The notes under the pieces were generated by a model. The model made no database searches. It was not told the origin of the DNA and was given only the letters and a program-made list of their open reading frames with translations. A stretch of 64,000 nucleotides of DNA. It comes from a virus. The stretch is from positions 1 to 64,000 of the IMG/VR virus record IMGVR_UViG_3300040796_000034, one strand, 5' to 3'. Within the stretch, counting starts at the first letter, position 1. The number at the start of each line of letters is the position of its first letter. Of the stretch, positions 28,857-37,894 are shown piece after piece. The position numbers were made by a program, and so were the translations under genes.

Positions 28857-29363
28857 ATGACAGGAAATATTTTAGCAGTTAATATTGGACAAAAATCTGT
28901 ACAACTAACTTGTATTTCGGGTAAACTTGATAAAGTAGAGGGTCTTTTTAGTAAGATTTCTTTTGCTAATGAAGGTTTAATCAGAAGTTTTTCAGATAAC
29001 TTTAAAAAAATATGTCTAGTGAAGCATATAAATCAAATTGTTATCTCAAACTTAGGACCATATAGTACCTATTCACAGGGTCTTGTACATGGATTTATTT
29101 ACTCTTTTGTGACTAATAATTCTCGATTTATTAAATTTGATATTTACAGTAAAGAGGGTGTTATAGATGCTATGGGAATTGATAGATACTCCGAATATTT
29201 TAGAAAACCTTACGATAGTCTTACTACCAAAGAAGTTAATGACTATTTAGATACACATCCTTTACTCGAAAAGATTAGTTATGTAAATCCAAGTAATAGA
29301 GGTACTCGATATTCTGATGTTTTAGCGTATCACTGTTTAGAAGAGGTTTTACAAAATGACTGA
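28857..29363 (+). CDS. degenerate RuvC-like paralogue
   Basis: NILAVNIG, ISNLGP, RYSDVLAY mirror RuvC motifs with D/E replaced by N. Confidence 0.45.
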   Translation: MTGNILAVNIGQKSVQLTCISGKLDKVEGLFSKISFANEGLIRSFSDNFKKICLVKHINQIVISNLGPYSTYSQGLVHGFIYSFVTNNSRFIKFDIYSKEGVIDAMGIDRYSEYFRKPYDSLTTKEVNDYLDTHPLLEKISYVNPSNRGTRYSDVLAYHCLEEVLQND

Positions 29364-29883
29364 CACTAATATTCTTGTAGGAAATATCTTACCTAAATCA
29401 GTACAAATATCTTTAATTGAAAGAGTTTCTGTTAATAATACTTTCTATAATCGAATTATTAGTACAGACAAAAAAATTAAATACAGTAAAGAAGTTGACC
29501 CTTACAATTTTATTGATTTATTAATGAAATGTTTTTATCATAAAATGTTGAGTAAAGATAAGCTTGATACTAGGCTCGTTTTTTCTAATATTGGACCATT
29601 TTCATACAATAACTTAGCTTTTTTTAAAGGTTTACTTAAAGGTTTGAATAGAGAATATACTCTTATAGATTGGAAAAAAGTTTGTCTGCATATACGGGAT
29701 GACTTAGGTATTAAAAATCGAATACCTGAGCCAATGACTAAGGAAACGATAGACTCCTACATCGATAACAATCTAATGTTAAAGTCAGAGAACGTAGAAT
29801 ACTTAAATTTTGATATAAATAGGTCAAGATATGCTGATGCAATTGCGTTTTATTATTTACGAAACTACTTATGCCAAACATAA
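29356..29883 (+). CDS. degenerate RuvC-like paralogue
   Basis: NILVGNIL, FSNIGP, RYADAIAF; clear paralogue of 28857..29363. Confidence 0.45.
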   Translation: MTDTNILVGNILPKSVQISLIERVSVNNTFYNRIISTDKKIKYSKEVDPYNFIDLLMKCFYHKMLSKDKLDTRLVFSNIGPFSYNNLAFFKGLLKGLNREYTLIDWKKVCLHIRDDLGIKNRIPEPMTKETIDSYIDNNLMLKSENVEYLNFDINRSRYADAIAFYYLRNYLCQT

Positions 29884-30401
29884 TAGCAATTGATACTGGA
29901 TTACAAAGACTCGGTTATTGTCATTTACGCTATAACGATACCGGGTTTGAATTAAAAAATTACGGTACATTTGAAACAAGTAATAAAGACTGTAGAGGAA
30001 AAAGACTTTACAATATTCGACAATTTTTACTAGGTGAGCTTTTTGTAATTCCCAATTATAGTTTTAAAGATGTTTATGAATTTGTAAATTTTTTAGTTTA
30101 TGAATACCCATGTTTTACTAATAAGACAAGTCAAATTTTAGGAACCGTGATAGGTGTTATTGAATCCTCTTATTTTGAATATGAGTATAAAGAAGCTTTA
30201 TCTATTTCACCTACAGAAGTTAAAAAGAAAATCTTCGGAAAAGGTACTGCAAGTAAAAATCAAGTTAAAATTGGCGTTATAAGAAAACTTCAAGAATATA
30301 ACATTGAGTTAGATTTATCAAAAGAGCTTGACGATACCATAGATGCTATTGCAATTGCTTTAGTAACTTATGAAGATTTAAAATCAGATATAAACCCTTA
30401 A
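29871..30401 (+). CDS. ruvC: Holliday junction resolvase RuvC
   Basis: IIAIDTG..LGY, VYE, SPTEVKK..GKGTASK, DDTIDAIAIA. Confidence 0.85.
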   Translation: MPNIIAIDTGLQRLGYCHLRYNDTGFELKNYGTFETSNKDCRGKRLYNIRQFLLGELFVIPNYSFKDVYEFVNFLVYEYPCFTNKTSQILGTVIGVIESSYFEYEYKEALSISPTEVKKKIFGKGTASKNQVKIGVIRKLQEYNIELDLSKELDDTIDAIAIALVTYEDLKSDINP

Positions 30402-30423
30402 ATCATGTGTTATTAAGAAGACT

Positions 30424-30969
30424 ATGAAAATAGAAAACTACAAAAAGTTTATTAAGACTACAGCGATATACCCTAAAGATATAGAAGTTGAATATCTTGT
30501 ACTAGGACTATTTGGAGAAGCTGGTGAACTCTGCAATCTCTATAAAAAAGTTTTAAGAGATAATCTATCTAAAGAAGGTTGGGTTATTAAGTTTAAGAAA
30601 GAGTTAGGAGACTTCTTCTGGTATTTATATTCACTTGAAAACTGTGGATATTTAAAAGCTAAAATAATCGATGACTCCTCTTACTCAAGAAATCAGTTAT
30701 CAATAGAGGACTCTTTAATTGACTTGTCAATCACACTTTCCGTAATTATGAAAGATATAAATAGTGAAAGATGTTACGCTAAAGAACAAAATAGGAAAGT
30801 TTCCTACATTAAAACTGTTCCAGATACATTAGATTTTAGTGGATTTGTTTATAACATAATTGAAAATCAGCTAAACTCCTCTATTGAAGAAATCTTACAA
30901 ATTAATGTAGATAAACTATCCTCTCGTAAAGAACGGGGTGTATTAGGGGGTAGCGGTGATAATAGATAA
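30424..30969 (+). CDS. MazG-like nucleotide pyrophosphohydrolase
   Basis: LGLFGEAGE..N..KK..RD, KELGD..WY, N.DKL.SRKERG..GSGDNR. Confidence 0.85.
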   Translation: MKIENYKKFIKTTAIYPKDIEVEYLVLGLFGEAGELCNLYKKVLRDNLSKEGWVIKFKKELGDFFWYLYSLENCGYLKAKIIDDSSYSRNQLSIEDSLIDLSITLSVIMKDINSERCYAKEQNRKVSYIKTVPDTLDFSGFVYNIIENQLNSSIEEILQINVDKLSSRKERGVLGGSGDNR

Positions 30970-31000
30970 ATTAGAAGCTTCTAAGGTTTGATAAAGTAAA

Positions 31001-31990
31001 CTAATTTTCTAAAGCAAGAGACTCTATCTCAGATACAGATAAGTGAATAATGTCAAGATAGTCGCCCCACCCTCGTACAAAAGAATCTTCATAAACACCC
31101 GTACCTAGTGATGTCATATAGAAAAATCTATATTTTTTTTCATTAGGTATGGATTTTTTATGATGTACAAGTACAAAACCTTTATAAATAGGTGTATCTA
31201 TCTTCATGTAAAAGTTTTCCATTGTTACATATCGAGGCGTAACTTTTTCATATTCCAGAAAAGACTTACTATCCAGTAAAGTAAGCTTGTCTATAATATT
31301 TTTTAAACAATCTCTTTTAGAGATAAAAGTATCTTCCATTTTAGTTAGGTACTGTTTATGTAAATTTAGTTTGTCAAAGTATTCTTTTACTGTAAAATAA
31401 TTATCTGGATTTCTTATATCATTGGAAATCCTATTATCAGAATACTTGTGCTGTATTTGTAAAACGGCTCTACGTCTAGGTCTTGTAAAATACTCTTGAA
31501 TGTAAGGGTTTACATAAAAACCATACTTTTGAGTATCTAAATGGTACTTAATAATTACATCACTTCTACCTAAAACAAACAGTCTTCTTTTGTAATTCTT
31601 ACTCCAAGCCTTTACTAATTCAAGAGGTTCCTCCATATTTACCAAAGTTATAAACTCTTCAGTAGATATATAGAAATAAGACTCTCTTCTATACGAGAAA
31701 GCCTGTAAAGCTACTTCAAACTTGTCCGGCATTAGTGAATAAAATTTAGGTACTACAATACTTTCTCTAACCACTTTGACGCTGGTTCTATTTAATTTTT
31801 CAGTAGCTTTTTCATATTTTTTCTCTAACTTAGTAAGGTCTATACAAGACTTAATATTGTGTTTCTTTTTTACATTTTTCACACCTCTCAAATATCGACT
31901 ATTTCGTAACTTTTCGTTTGGCGCGACAGTAGGTAGTTCACAGTTTTTTACATATTCTTTTGCAATTAAGTATCTTTTAGTTAAACTCAT
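31001..31990 (-). CDS. hypothetical protein downstream of the portal
   Basis: 329 aa, basic, starts 1 bp after the portal stop. Confidence 0.55.
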   Translation of the reverse strand: MSLTKRYLIAKEYVKNCELPTVAPNEKLRNSRYLRGVKNVKKKHNIKSCIDLTKLEKKYEKATEKLNRTSVKVVRESIVVPKFYSLMPDKFEVALQAFSYRRESYFYISTEEFITLVNMEEPLELVKAWSKNYKRRLFVLGRSDVIIKYHLDTQKYGFYVNPYIQEYFTRPRRRAVLQIQHKYSDNRISNDIRNPDNYFTVKEYFDKLNLHKQYLTKMEDTFISKRDCLKNIIDKLTLLDSKSFLEYEKVTPRYVTMENFYMKIDTPIYKGFVLVHHKKSIPNEKKYRFFYMTSLGTGVYEDSFVRGWGDYLDIIHLSVSEIESLALEN

Positions 31991-31991
31991 A

Positions 31992-33296
31992 TTAATAAGA
32001 CTTACTTTGATTTTCTAATTCTTTAAGGACTTTACTTATTTCATCTGTAGGAATTGTAGGGTTCTTTTCTGTAGGAGGTAAGCCTAGTAAATCTCTTATT
32101 TTACTTTGGATAACCGGGTCATTCGGGTCAAAAATTTGCATACTAATAGCAGTATAGATATTTTGTAGTAAAACCATTTCTGAATTAGGTTCGCTTGCAT
32201 AATCTAAATGAAACTTTCCGTAATTTTCTTTTTGACCGTAGTTTAAAATAATGAGAGGTTTACAAATTTTTTCAATAAACTCTTCTTGTATTTGTTTTAC
32301 TACAGAGTGTACAGTTGAATCTAGTATATGATGATGTCTCTGAGATAACCCGGCCATCCCGAATGAACCAGAACCCTCTTCAAAGACCAAGGAAGGCACG
32401 CCAAAGGCTCTTGTTATGTATTTATCTAAAAGAGGTAGAACACTTTGCCAAAAGCTATTTCCGTCAGGGATTTTAAGACCTTCGATACGAACACCGTTAT
32501 CGACTACTAGAACCGAATTATTTTCGATATTCTGAAGTTGACGAAACACTCGTTCATCTTTACTCATTCTAAGAGGTTGACCATCTGAACCTGTAATAGT
32601 ATTACCAAAAGAATCTTTTACTTCACTGTATGATGAAGATACACTAGGGTCAACGTAAGCTACTGTAATACCTGTTGCTAGATTTTTTCCAGCAACTACC
32701 ATATCTCCAATAATTGCTTTTTTAGCTTGGTAATATGGGTAAGCCCTTTTACATTCAGGACTACCGTAAGGGTTGTTGAAGTTAGCGGTATATCCATTCA
32801 CAATATGAATACATTTTCTGTAAGGTATATTCACCGTGCTTTTGTTTAAAGTTTTATAAAGAATCCATTGAAGATACCCTTTACGACCTTTAAACGAAAC
32901 TTTACAAGGGTCTAATATATTTACTCGTTCAAGAACCCATTTACGATTAAAAGGTTTAAGACTTACTTCTGCAACAGAAAATCCAAGAGCCATCGCTGAA
33001 GCTAATTGACCAATAATACTACTCATACTTTCATTCATGTTTTCAAAATTACTTTGAATAAATTTCTGTATGATAGGGTCATCGTTTTGATAAGAACCAA
33101 ATACAATAGTAGCTCTTAGTGCTTTCAGTTCGCTACAAGACTTTGCAATAGGGTCTTTATTTAAAAATTGAATATATTCTGATAAAAGATTTTCATCATT
33201 GACTCTGTGTATCTCAGTTAACGTATCAGAAGATACTTGATTAATCTTAGGGGAGAACTGTGTTTGATAGTTTAATTGATTTAAGGTATAATCCAT
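31992..33296 (-). CDS. portal protein (Mu gp29/DUF935-like)
   Basis: DP.AKSC..LK, AMALGFSVAEV, NPYGSP, GSFG, I..PLI.LNYG. Confidence 0.75.
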   Translation of the reverse strand: MDYTLNQLNYQTQFSPKINQVSSDTLTEIHRVNDENLLSEYIQFLNKDPIAKSCSELKALRATIVFGSYQNDDPIIQKFIQSNFENMNESMSSIIGQLASAMALGFSVAEVSLKPFNRKWVLERVNILDPCKVSFKGRKGYLQWILYKTLNKSTVNIPYRKCIHIVNGYTANFNNPYGSPECKRAYPYYQAKKAIIGDMVVAGKNLATGITVAYVDPSVSSSYSEVKDSFGNTITGSDGQPLRMSKDERVFRQLQNIENNSVLVVDNGVRIEGLKIPDGNSFWQSVLPLLDKYITRAFGVPSLVFEEGSGSFGMAGLSQRHHHILDSTVHSVVKQIQEEFIEKICKPLIILNYGQKENYGKFHLDYASEPNSEMVLLQNIYTAISMQIFDPNDPVIQSKIRDLLGLPPTEKNPTIPTDEISKVLKELENQSKSY

Positions 33297-33330
33297 ATAT
33301 GATTAACATCGTTTATTACATAATAGCATT

Positions 33331-33636
33331 ATGACAAAAGAACAAATTCAGTTTTATTTAGTACAAATAAATAAGAAACAAATACCTGTAGAAGGTTTTA
33401 GAGATACAAAAGAATATAAAATACTGTACAACCAAGGTCTTGACATAGTTTTAGTTTTACAAGATTATCTATCTGTCAAAGACTTTTTACCAAAACAGTA
33501 TATTCTAATCCTTTTAGAAGACATCTTACAAGAAAAACCAGAGATACAAGAAAATTCTAATTTAGATAGTCAAGTAAACTCTTGGATAAAGTTTTTACAG
33601 CAAGCAAATACACAACAAAATAATGAAGAGGAGTGA
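33331..33636 (+). CDS. hypothetical protein
   Basis: 101-aa ORF. Confidence 0.5.
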   Translation: MTKEQIQFYLVQINKKQIPVEGFRDTKEYKILYNQGLDIVLVLQDYLSVKDFLPKQYILILLEDILQEKPEIQENSNLDSQVNSWIKFLQQANTQQNNEEE

Positions 33637-33637
33637 C

Positions 33638-33781
33638 ATGAAAAAATCTACAATAACTTACACACTTTTGTTTCTACTGTTCTTTACACTGACATTAATT
33701 AAACCCGCTCTAAATGAAGAGATGCCTCCCACCCCTGGAGATGGCAGACAGGATAGTAAAAACGAATATGCAGTTAACTAA
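33638..33781 (+). CDS. 47-aa secreted PatX-like peptide
   Basis: GAGGAG RBS; MKKSTITYTLLFLLFFTLTLIKPA (signal-like) + LNEEMPPTPGDGRQDSKNEYAVN*. Confidence 0.55.
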   Translation: MKKSTITYTLLFLLFFTLTLIKPALNEEMPPTPGDGRQDSKNEYAVN

Positions 33782-33787
33782 AAAACT

Positions 33788-34279
33788 ATGATTCTCCCAG
33801 GTTTAGACGGAATTAATCATATCAATATTTACTCTAAGGGTCAGACAGAGTTAGGTAGATGGTTATCTAATTTTACTTTTCATCCTATCAAAATAGATGA
33901 CATTGTTTTTAAAAGTATTGAAACATACTGGTACTATCTTTTAACTAATGATAGTAAAATATTAAATACTTTTGGTTATAAATCAAAAGAGTTAGGTAAA
34001 CAAATTATGAAAGATAAAAATTTACCTAGCTATTTTGATTTTAATTCAGTGAAAAAAGAAGAGTTTGAGCTAAAGATTAAAAATGCTTTAGATACTAAGC
34101 TTAAGTCAAATAAAGATCGCTTGATAAGTTTTGGTAGAGAAACTTTACCTTTTGCTCACTACTATGTCTATGGAGGTAGAAAATTTAATGCTGGACATGA
34201 TTGGATAATTCAACATTTAGAGAAAAGACGACAATTTTTAAGAGAAACAAACTATGCTAGATGTACAGAGTTACCTTAG
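33788..34279 (+). CDS. NADAR-like protein (putative ADP-ribosyl glycohydrolase)
   Basis: HINIYS..GRWLSNF..PI.ID...FKSIE.YW resembles the NADAR LSNF..F.SVEHY.Q motif. Confidence 0.55.
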   Translation: MILPGLDGINHINIYSKGQTELGRWLSNFTFHPIKIDDIVFKSIETYWYYLLTNDSKILNTFGYKSKELGKQIMKDKNLPSYFDFNSVKKEEFELKIKNALDTKLKSNKDRLISFGRETLPFAHYYVYGGRKFNAGHDWIIQHLEKRRQFLRETNYARCTELP

Positions 34280-35474
34280 AGACCTTTCCTGTGTCTTTCC
34301 GTTAGAGACTGTTTTAGAAGACTTAAAAAATAACTACGGTATATCTTCAAAACAATCCAAGATATATCCAGAACTTTATCTATTCAAATACAGTCAAACA
34401 CAAAGTCCTTTTAGAGAAAAAATTGTTAGAGAGTGTCGCGGTCTAATTCTTAATAGTCAAGATAATTGGAGTATTGTCTGTTACCCTTTTGACAAATTTT
34501 TTAATTTAGGTGAACAGCCGCAACTTCAGAAAGACTTTAACTGGAATAACTATCGTGTGTACAATAAACTCGATGGTAGTTTAGTTTGTTTTTGGTACTA
34601 CAAAAATAAGTGGAACATAAGTACAAGTGGAGACCCTGACTCTTTAGGTGAAATAAACAATAGTGGACGTAGTTTTAAAGATGCTGTAGAACCACATCTT
34701 AACTACAAATTGTGGATAGATAATTACGTTAGTCGAGTTTTACCAGAGTTTTCTTTATCTCATCTTTTTTTAAATACTAAAAATACTTATATGTATGAGT
34801 TTATTAGTGTTGACAATAAAAATGTAGTTGATTATTACAGATATAACCATGATTATGTAGGAATTAACTTAATAGGTATTCGTGACAACAACACTCTATT
34901 AGAAGAAAATCTTGCGAATAGTGTCTCTGTATTTCCTAGTCGAAGATATATGGATTTAGCAAAACGAGACCGAGATACGATGTTTTATTGGCAAGTAGTT
35001 GATAGCTCTAACAATGATGTATGGAAACAAGTTGATGAATTAAACCCTATTTATGGAGGTGAAGGTTATGTATTAGTAGATGACTCGTTTAACAGAATAA
35101 AAGTTAAGTCTAAGAGTTATGTTGCTTTACATCACCTAAAACATAGCTGGTCCTTACCTAGTGCAATTCAAGTAGTTTTAAATGGTGAAGTTGACGAAGT
35201 AGCTAATTATTTTCCTGAATATCGAGAGCAACTTTATCAGATAGAGTCCTGGCTTAGAACTTCTATTGACAGGATTGAAAAAATTGATATAGAGCTAGCT
35301 AATTTAAGCCGTAAAGAGCTTGCATTGAAGATTGACGAACTAAGAGATGTAATTCCTTTTACAAGCGCCTTATTTGCTAAAAGAGATGGCGTTGTAATTA
35401 AGGATTATATCTATTCACTTTCTACTAAAAAGATTAAAGAATTTTACGAAAATACTAATGACTTTAGTTTATAA
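34254..35474 (+). CDS. T4 Rnl1-like RNA ligase
   Basis: RECRGLI, PFDKFFN.GE, NKLDGSL, YEF, EGYV, RIKVKS..YV.LH. Confidence 0.9.
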   Translation: MLDVQSYLRDLSCVFPLETVLEDLKNNYGISSKQSKIYPELYLFKYSQTQSPFREKIVRECRGLILNSQDNWSIVCYPFDKFFNLGEQPQLQKDFNWNNYRVYNKLDGSLVCFWYYKNKWNISTSGDPDSLGEINNSGRSFKDAVEPHLNYKLWIDNYVSRVLPEFSLSHLFLNTKNTYMYEFISVDNKNVVDYYRYNHDYVGINLIGIRDNNTLLEENLANSVSVFPSRRYMDLAKRDRDTMFYWQVVDSSNNDVWKQVDELNPIYGGEGYVLVDDSFNRIKVKSKSYVALHHLKHSWSLPSAIQVVLNGEVDEVANYFPEYREQLYQIESWLRTSIDRIEKIDIELANLSRKELALKIDELRDVIPFTSALFAKRDGVVIKDYIYSLSTKKIKEFYENTNDFSL

Positions 35475-35493
35475 TGCTGTATTGTAAAAAAGT

Positions 35494-35727
35494 ATGAAAA
35501 AACTAACAATTATAATAGATGATGAAAGTTCAGAAGAAATAGTTGAATTGGGTACAGATGTAGATAGCGAGTGTACAGAAGATAGTAAAATAGAAAGAGA
35601 GAGTTCTATAAAAATATTTATTGTCTCTATTTTAATATTTTCCCTAATATTTAGTTTTGCCGCAGCTATGTCAAGTAGTTTTATACAACCAACTTTTGTA
35701 CAACATGAAGATTTGCCAGAAATGTAA
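35494..35727 (+). CDS. small membrane protein
   Basis: Acidic N terminus plus TM IFIVSILIFSLIFSFAAAM. Confidence 0.5.
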   Translation: MKKLTIIIDDESSEEIVELGTDVDSECTEDSKIERESSIKIFIVSILIFSLIFSFAAAMSSSFIQPTFVQHEDLPEM

Positions 35728-36115
35728 TTACCTTAACGTAGAATACTGTACAACAAACGACTTACCTGTACAAATGTGTATGTATCATCAATGTAACGGG
35801 TATGATAAAGACATCTATTTTTATTTCACTTTCACTAAACAAAATCACTGTAAAGGGTTTACTAACATGACTGACAATAAAAATACTACAGAGTTAATGA
35901 TACAAGAGCTTTCCGATGTAGCTAGTCAAATTAAAATGCAAGAAAATATTATGTCTTCAGAATCTTTTGACTCAGAAGCACTTTACATAGACAACATCAA
36001 CTTACATAACGAGGTCATGTCTTTACGAGAAGAGATGGCTGATATGGATTGGTATGTTAATATATTAGAAAACAAGATTAAGAGACACGAGTTCATGTAT
36101 TCAAATATTCAATAA
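35705..36115 (+). CDS. hypothetical protein, Cys-rich N terminus and coiled coil
   Basis: Probable ATG at 35705 (MKICQKC). Confidence 0.45.
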   Translation: MKICQKCNYLNVEYCTTNDLPVQMCMYHQCNGYDKDIYFYFTFTKQNHCKGFTNMTDNKNTTELMIQELSDVASQIKMQENIMSSESFDSEALYIDNINLHNEVMSLREEMADMDWYVNILENKIKRHEFMYSNIQ

Positions 36116-36157
36116 TAAGGAATAACTAACCCAGTGCCTATAAACACTGGGTTATCT

Positions 36158-36230
36158 CGGGATATAGCTCAGTTGGTAGAGCGCCACTTTTGGGAAGTAG
36201 ATGTCGGAGGTTCAAATCCTTCTGTCCCGA
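36158..36230 (+). tRNA. tRNA-Pro(TGG)
   Basis: CGGGATA/TGTCCCG acceptor stem, loop TTTGGGA, GGTTCAAATCC; no encoded CCA. Confidence 0.9.
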
Positions 36231-36233
36231 TAA

Positions 36234-36305
36234 AGCGGGGGAGTGAAATGGTGTCACACGAGTCTCATAAGCTCGTAATAGCAGGTTCGATTCCTGTTCC
36301 CGCTA
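36234..36305 (+). tRNA. tRNA-Met(CAT)
   Basis: AGCGGGG/TCCCGCT, CGAGT-CTCATAA-GCTCG, GGTTCGATTCC. Confidence 0.85.
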
Positions 36306-36309
36306 TTAA

Positions 36310-36382
36310 GCTCTTTTGGCCGATTAGGGAGGCAGCGAACTCATAATTCGCCTTAAGGCTGGTTCGATTCCAGCAGAGAGCA
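36310..36382 (+). tRNA. tRNA(CAT), probably Ile2
   Basis: GCTCTTT/AGAGAGC, GCGAA-CTCATAA-TTCGC; Ile2 versus Met is inferred. Confidence 0.8.
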
Positions 36383-36490
36383 TCTTTAGTTAACATCGTA
36401 GTATGAAATTTGTAATTTTTCTGCTAATCTAATAAAAGAAAATATAGACACTATTATCGTGAATAGTTTAGTAATTTAAAAATAATTAAT

Positions 36491-36742
36491 ATGTCATATC
36501 CTACAGACAAAGAGTACGTTATTGTTGAAAGTTTTATTCTTCTAGCTCGTAAAAAATATGGAGAGAGTGCTTTAACGGTTTTAGTTAAAACAGTAGAGTG
36601 GTTACAAGAACTTGAATGGACAGAAAAAGAAATAAGTTACTGGATTAGTAAATTTGATGAGTTTGAAGTAGCTAAGAAATTTTTACAAGATGCAATGAAT
36701 ACGAGTGAGGAAACACAAAATCAATTAGAAGATAAAATGTAA
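36491..36742 (+). CDS. hypothetical protein
   Basis: 83-aa ORF between tRNAs. Confidence 0.5.
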   Translation: MSYPTDKEYVIVESFILLARKKYGESALTVLVKTVEWLQELEWTEKEISYWISKFDEFEVAKKFLQDAMNTSEETQNQLEDKM

Positions 36743-36755
36743 AAATAAGATATTC

Positions 36756-36842
36756 GGGTAGGTATCCAAATTGGTGAAGGAGTTTGACTGTAAATCAAAT
36801 GCTCGTGTGCTGAACATGGGGGTTCGAGTCCCTCCCTGCCCA
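36756..36842 (+). tRNA. tRNA-Tyr(GTA)
   Basis: GGGTAGG/CCTGCCC, TTTGA-CTGTAAA-TCAAA, long variable arm. Confidence 0.9.
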
Positions 36843-36865
36843 TCAAAAATCTATAGAAAACGAAA

Positions 36866-37654
36866 ATGAATAAAATTAGATTAATCAATGGTGACTGTCT
36901 TATTGGATTAGATAAGTTATTTAGTGAAAAGATTAAAGTAGATGCTGTTATAGCAGATATTCCTTATGGAGTTACCGCTGCTAAGTGGGATTCTGTCATA
37001 CCTTTTGACCTTATGTGGAATTTTATAGACAAGGTTAGTAAAGAAAATGCTGCAACAGTTTTATTCGGAGTAGAACCTTTTAGTAGTAAGCTTAGGTTAA
37101 GTAATTTACAAAATTTTAAATACGACTGGATTTGGCACAAAAATACTACAAGTGGTTTTGCTTTAGCTAAGAAACAACCTTTGAGAAACCATGAAATCAT
37201 ATCTGTTTTCTATGAGAAACAGTGTACATACAACTATATTAAAGAACCTAGAGATTTATCAGAGTCTTCTCAAAAAAGATTTCAATATGCTTTTAATACT
37301 GAGAAAGGGTTAAACGTTTTACAAAAAGGTTTAAAAAAAATTAAATATATACCAGAAGATAAAAATCTTTCTTATCCTAAGACTGTTAAATATTTCAAAA
37401 CATTAGGTAACAACTCTAAAGATAAAATACACCCTACTCAAAAACCGTTAGATTTAATAGAATACTTAGTAAAGACATATACAGACAAAGACCAAACTGT
37501 ACTAGATTTCACAGCAGGGTCTTTTACGACGGCAATTGCTTGTATTAACACTCAAAGGTCTTTTATAGGTATTGAGTTAGATAAAACTTATTTCGATAAA
37601 GGTCTTTCTCGTGTACAGAATAGTCTTTTAGATAGTTTTGTGTTAGAGTATTAG
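36866..37654 (+). CDS. N6-adenine/N4-cytosine DNA methyltransferase (beta class)
   Basis: DIPY, HPTQKP, VLDFTAGS, FIGIELD. Confidence 0.9.
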   Translation: MNKIRLINGDCLIGLDKLFSEKIKVDAVIADIPYGVTAAKWDSVIPFDLMWNFIDKVSKENAATVLFGVEPFSSKLRLSNLQNFKYDWIWHKNTTSGFALAKKQPLRNHEIISVFYEKQCTYNYIKEPRDLSESSQKRFQYAFNTEKGLNVLQKGLKKIKYIPEDKNLSYPKTVKYFKTLGNNSKDKIHPTQKPLDLIEYLVKTYTDKDQTVLDFTAGSFTTAIACINTQRSFIGIELDKTYFDKGLSRVQNSLLDSFVLEY

Positions 37655-37662
37655 AAAAAATG

Positions 37663-37734
37663 GCGGGTGTCGTCTAATGGTTAAGATTGTAGGCTTCCAC
37701 CCTATCGATAAGAGTTCGAGTCTCTTCACCCGCT
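37663..37734 (+). tRNA. tRNA-Gly(TCC)
   Basis: GCGGGTG/CACCCGC, GTAGG-CTTCCAC-CCTAT. Confidence 0.9.
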
Positions 37735-37745
37735 TTTCTCAGTAT

Positions 37746-37819
37746 GCAAAAGTAACTCAGATGGATAGAGTAGCGACCTTCTAAGTCGTTTGTCGTAGGT
37801 TCGAGTCCTACCTTTTGCG
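37746..37819 (+). tRNA. tRNA-Arg(TCT)
   Basis: GCAAAAG/CTTTTGC, GCGAC-CTTCTAA-GTCGT. Confidence 0.9.
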
Positions 37820-37822
37820 TAT

Positions 37823-37894
37823 GCTGATGTAGCTCAACGGTAGAGCGGTTCACTTGTAATGAACGGGTTAAGAGTTCAAATCTCTTCTTCAGCT
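37823..37894 (+). tRNA. tRNA-Thr(TGT)
   Basis: GCTGATG/CTTCAGC, GTTCA-CTTGTAA-TGAAC. Confidence 0.9.

Noticed and set aside
29871-30401. RuvC as TnpB/Cas12 partner of the omega-RNA remnant
   Set aside because: 176 aa with classic resolvase motifs; no Zn ribbon or recognition domains
30930-30969. RGVLGGSGDNR at the MazG C terminus as a PatS-like motif
   Set aside because: This is the usual tail of phage MazG-like proteins, not RGSGR
36134-36346. 70-aa ORF from the track
   Set aside because: Overlaps three tRNA genes; spurious
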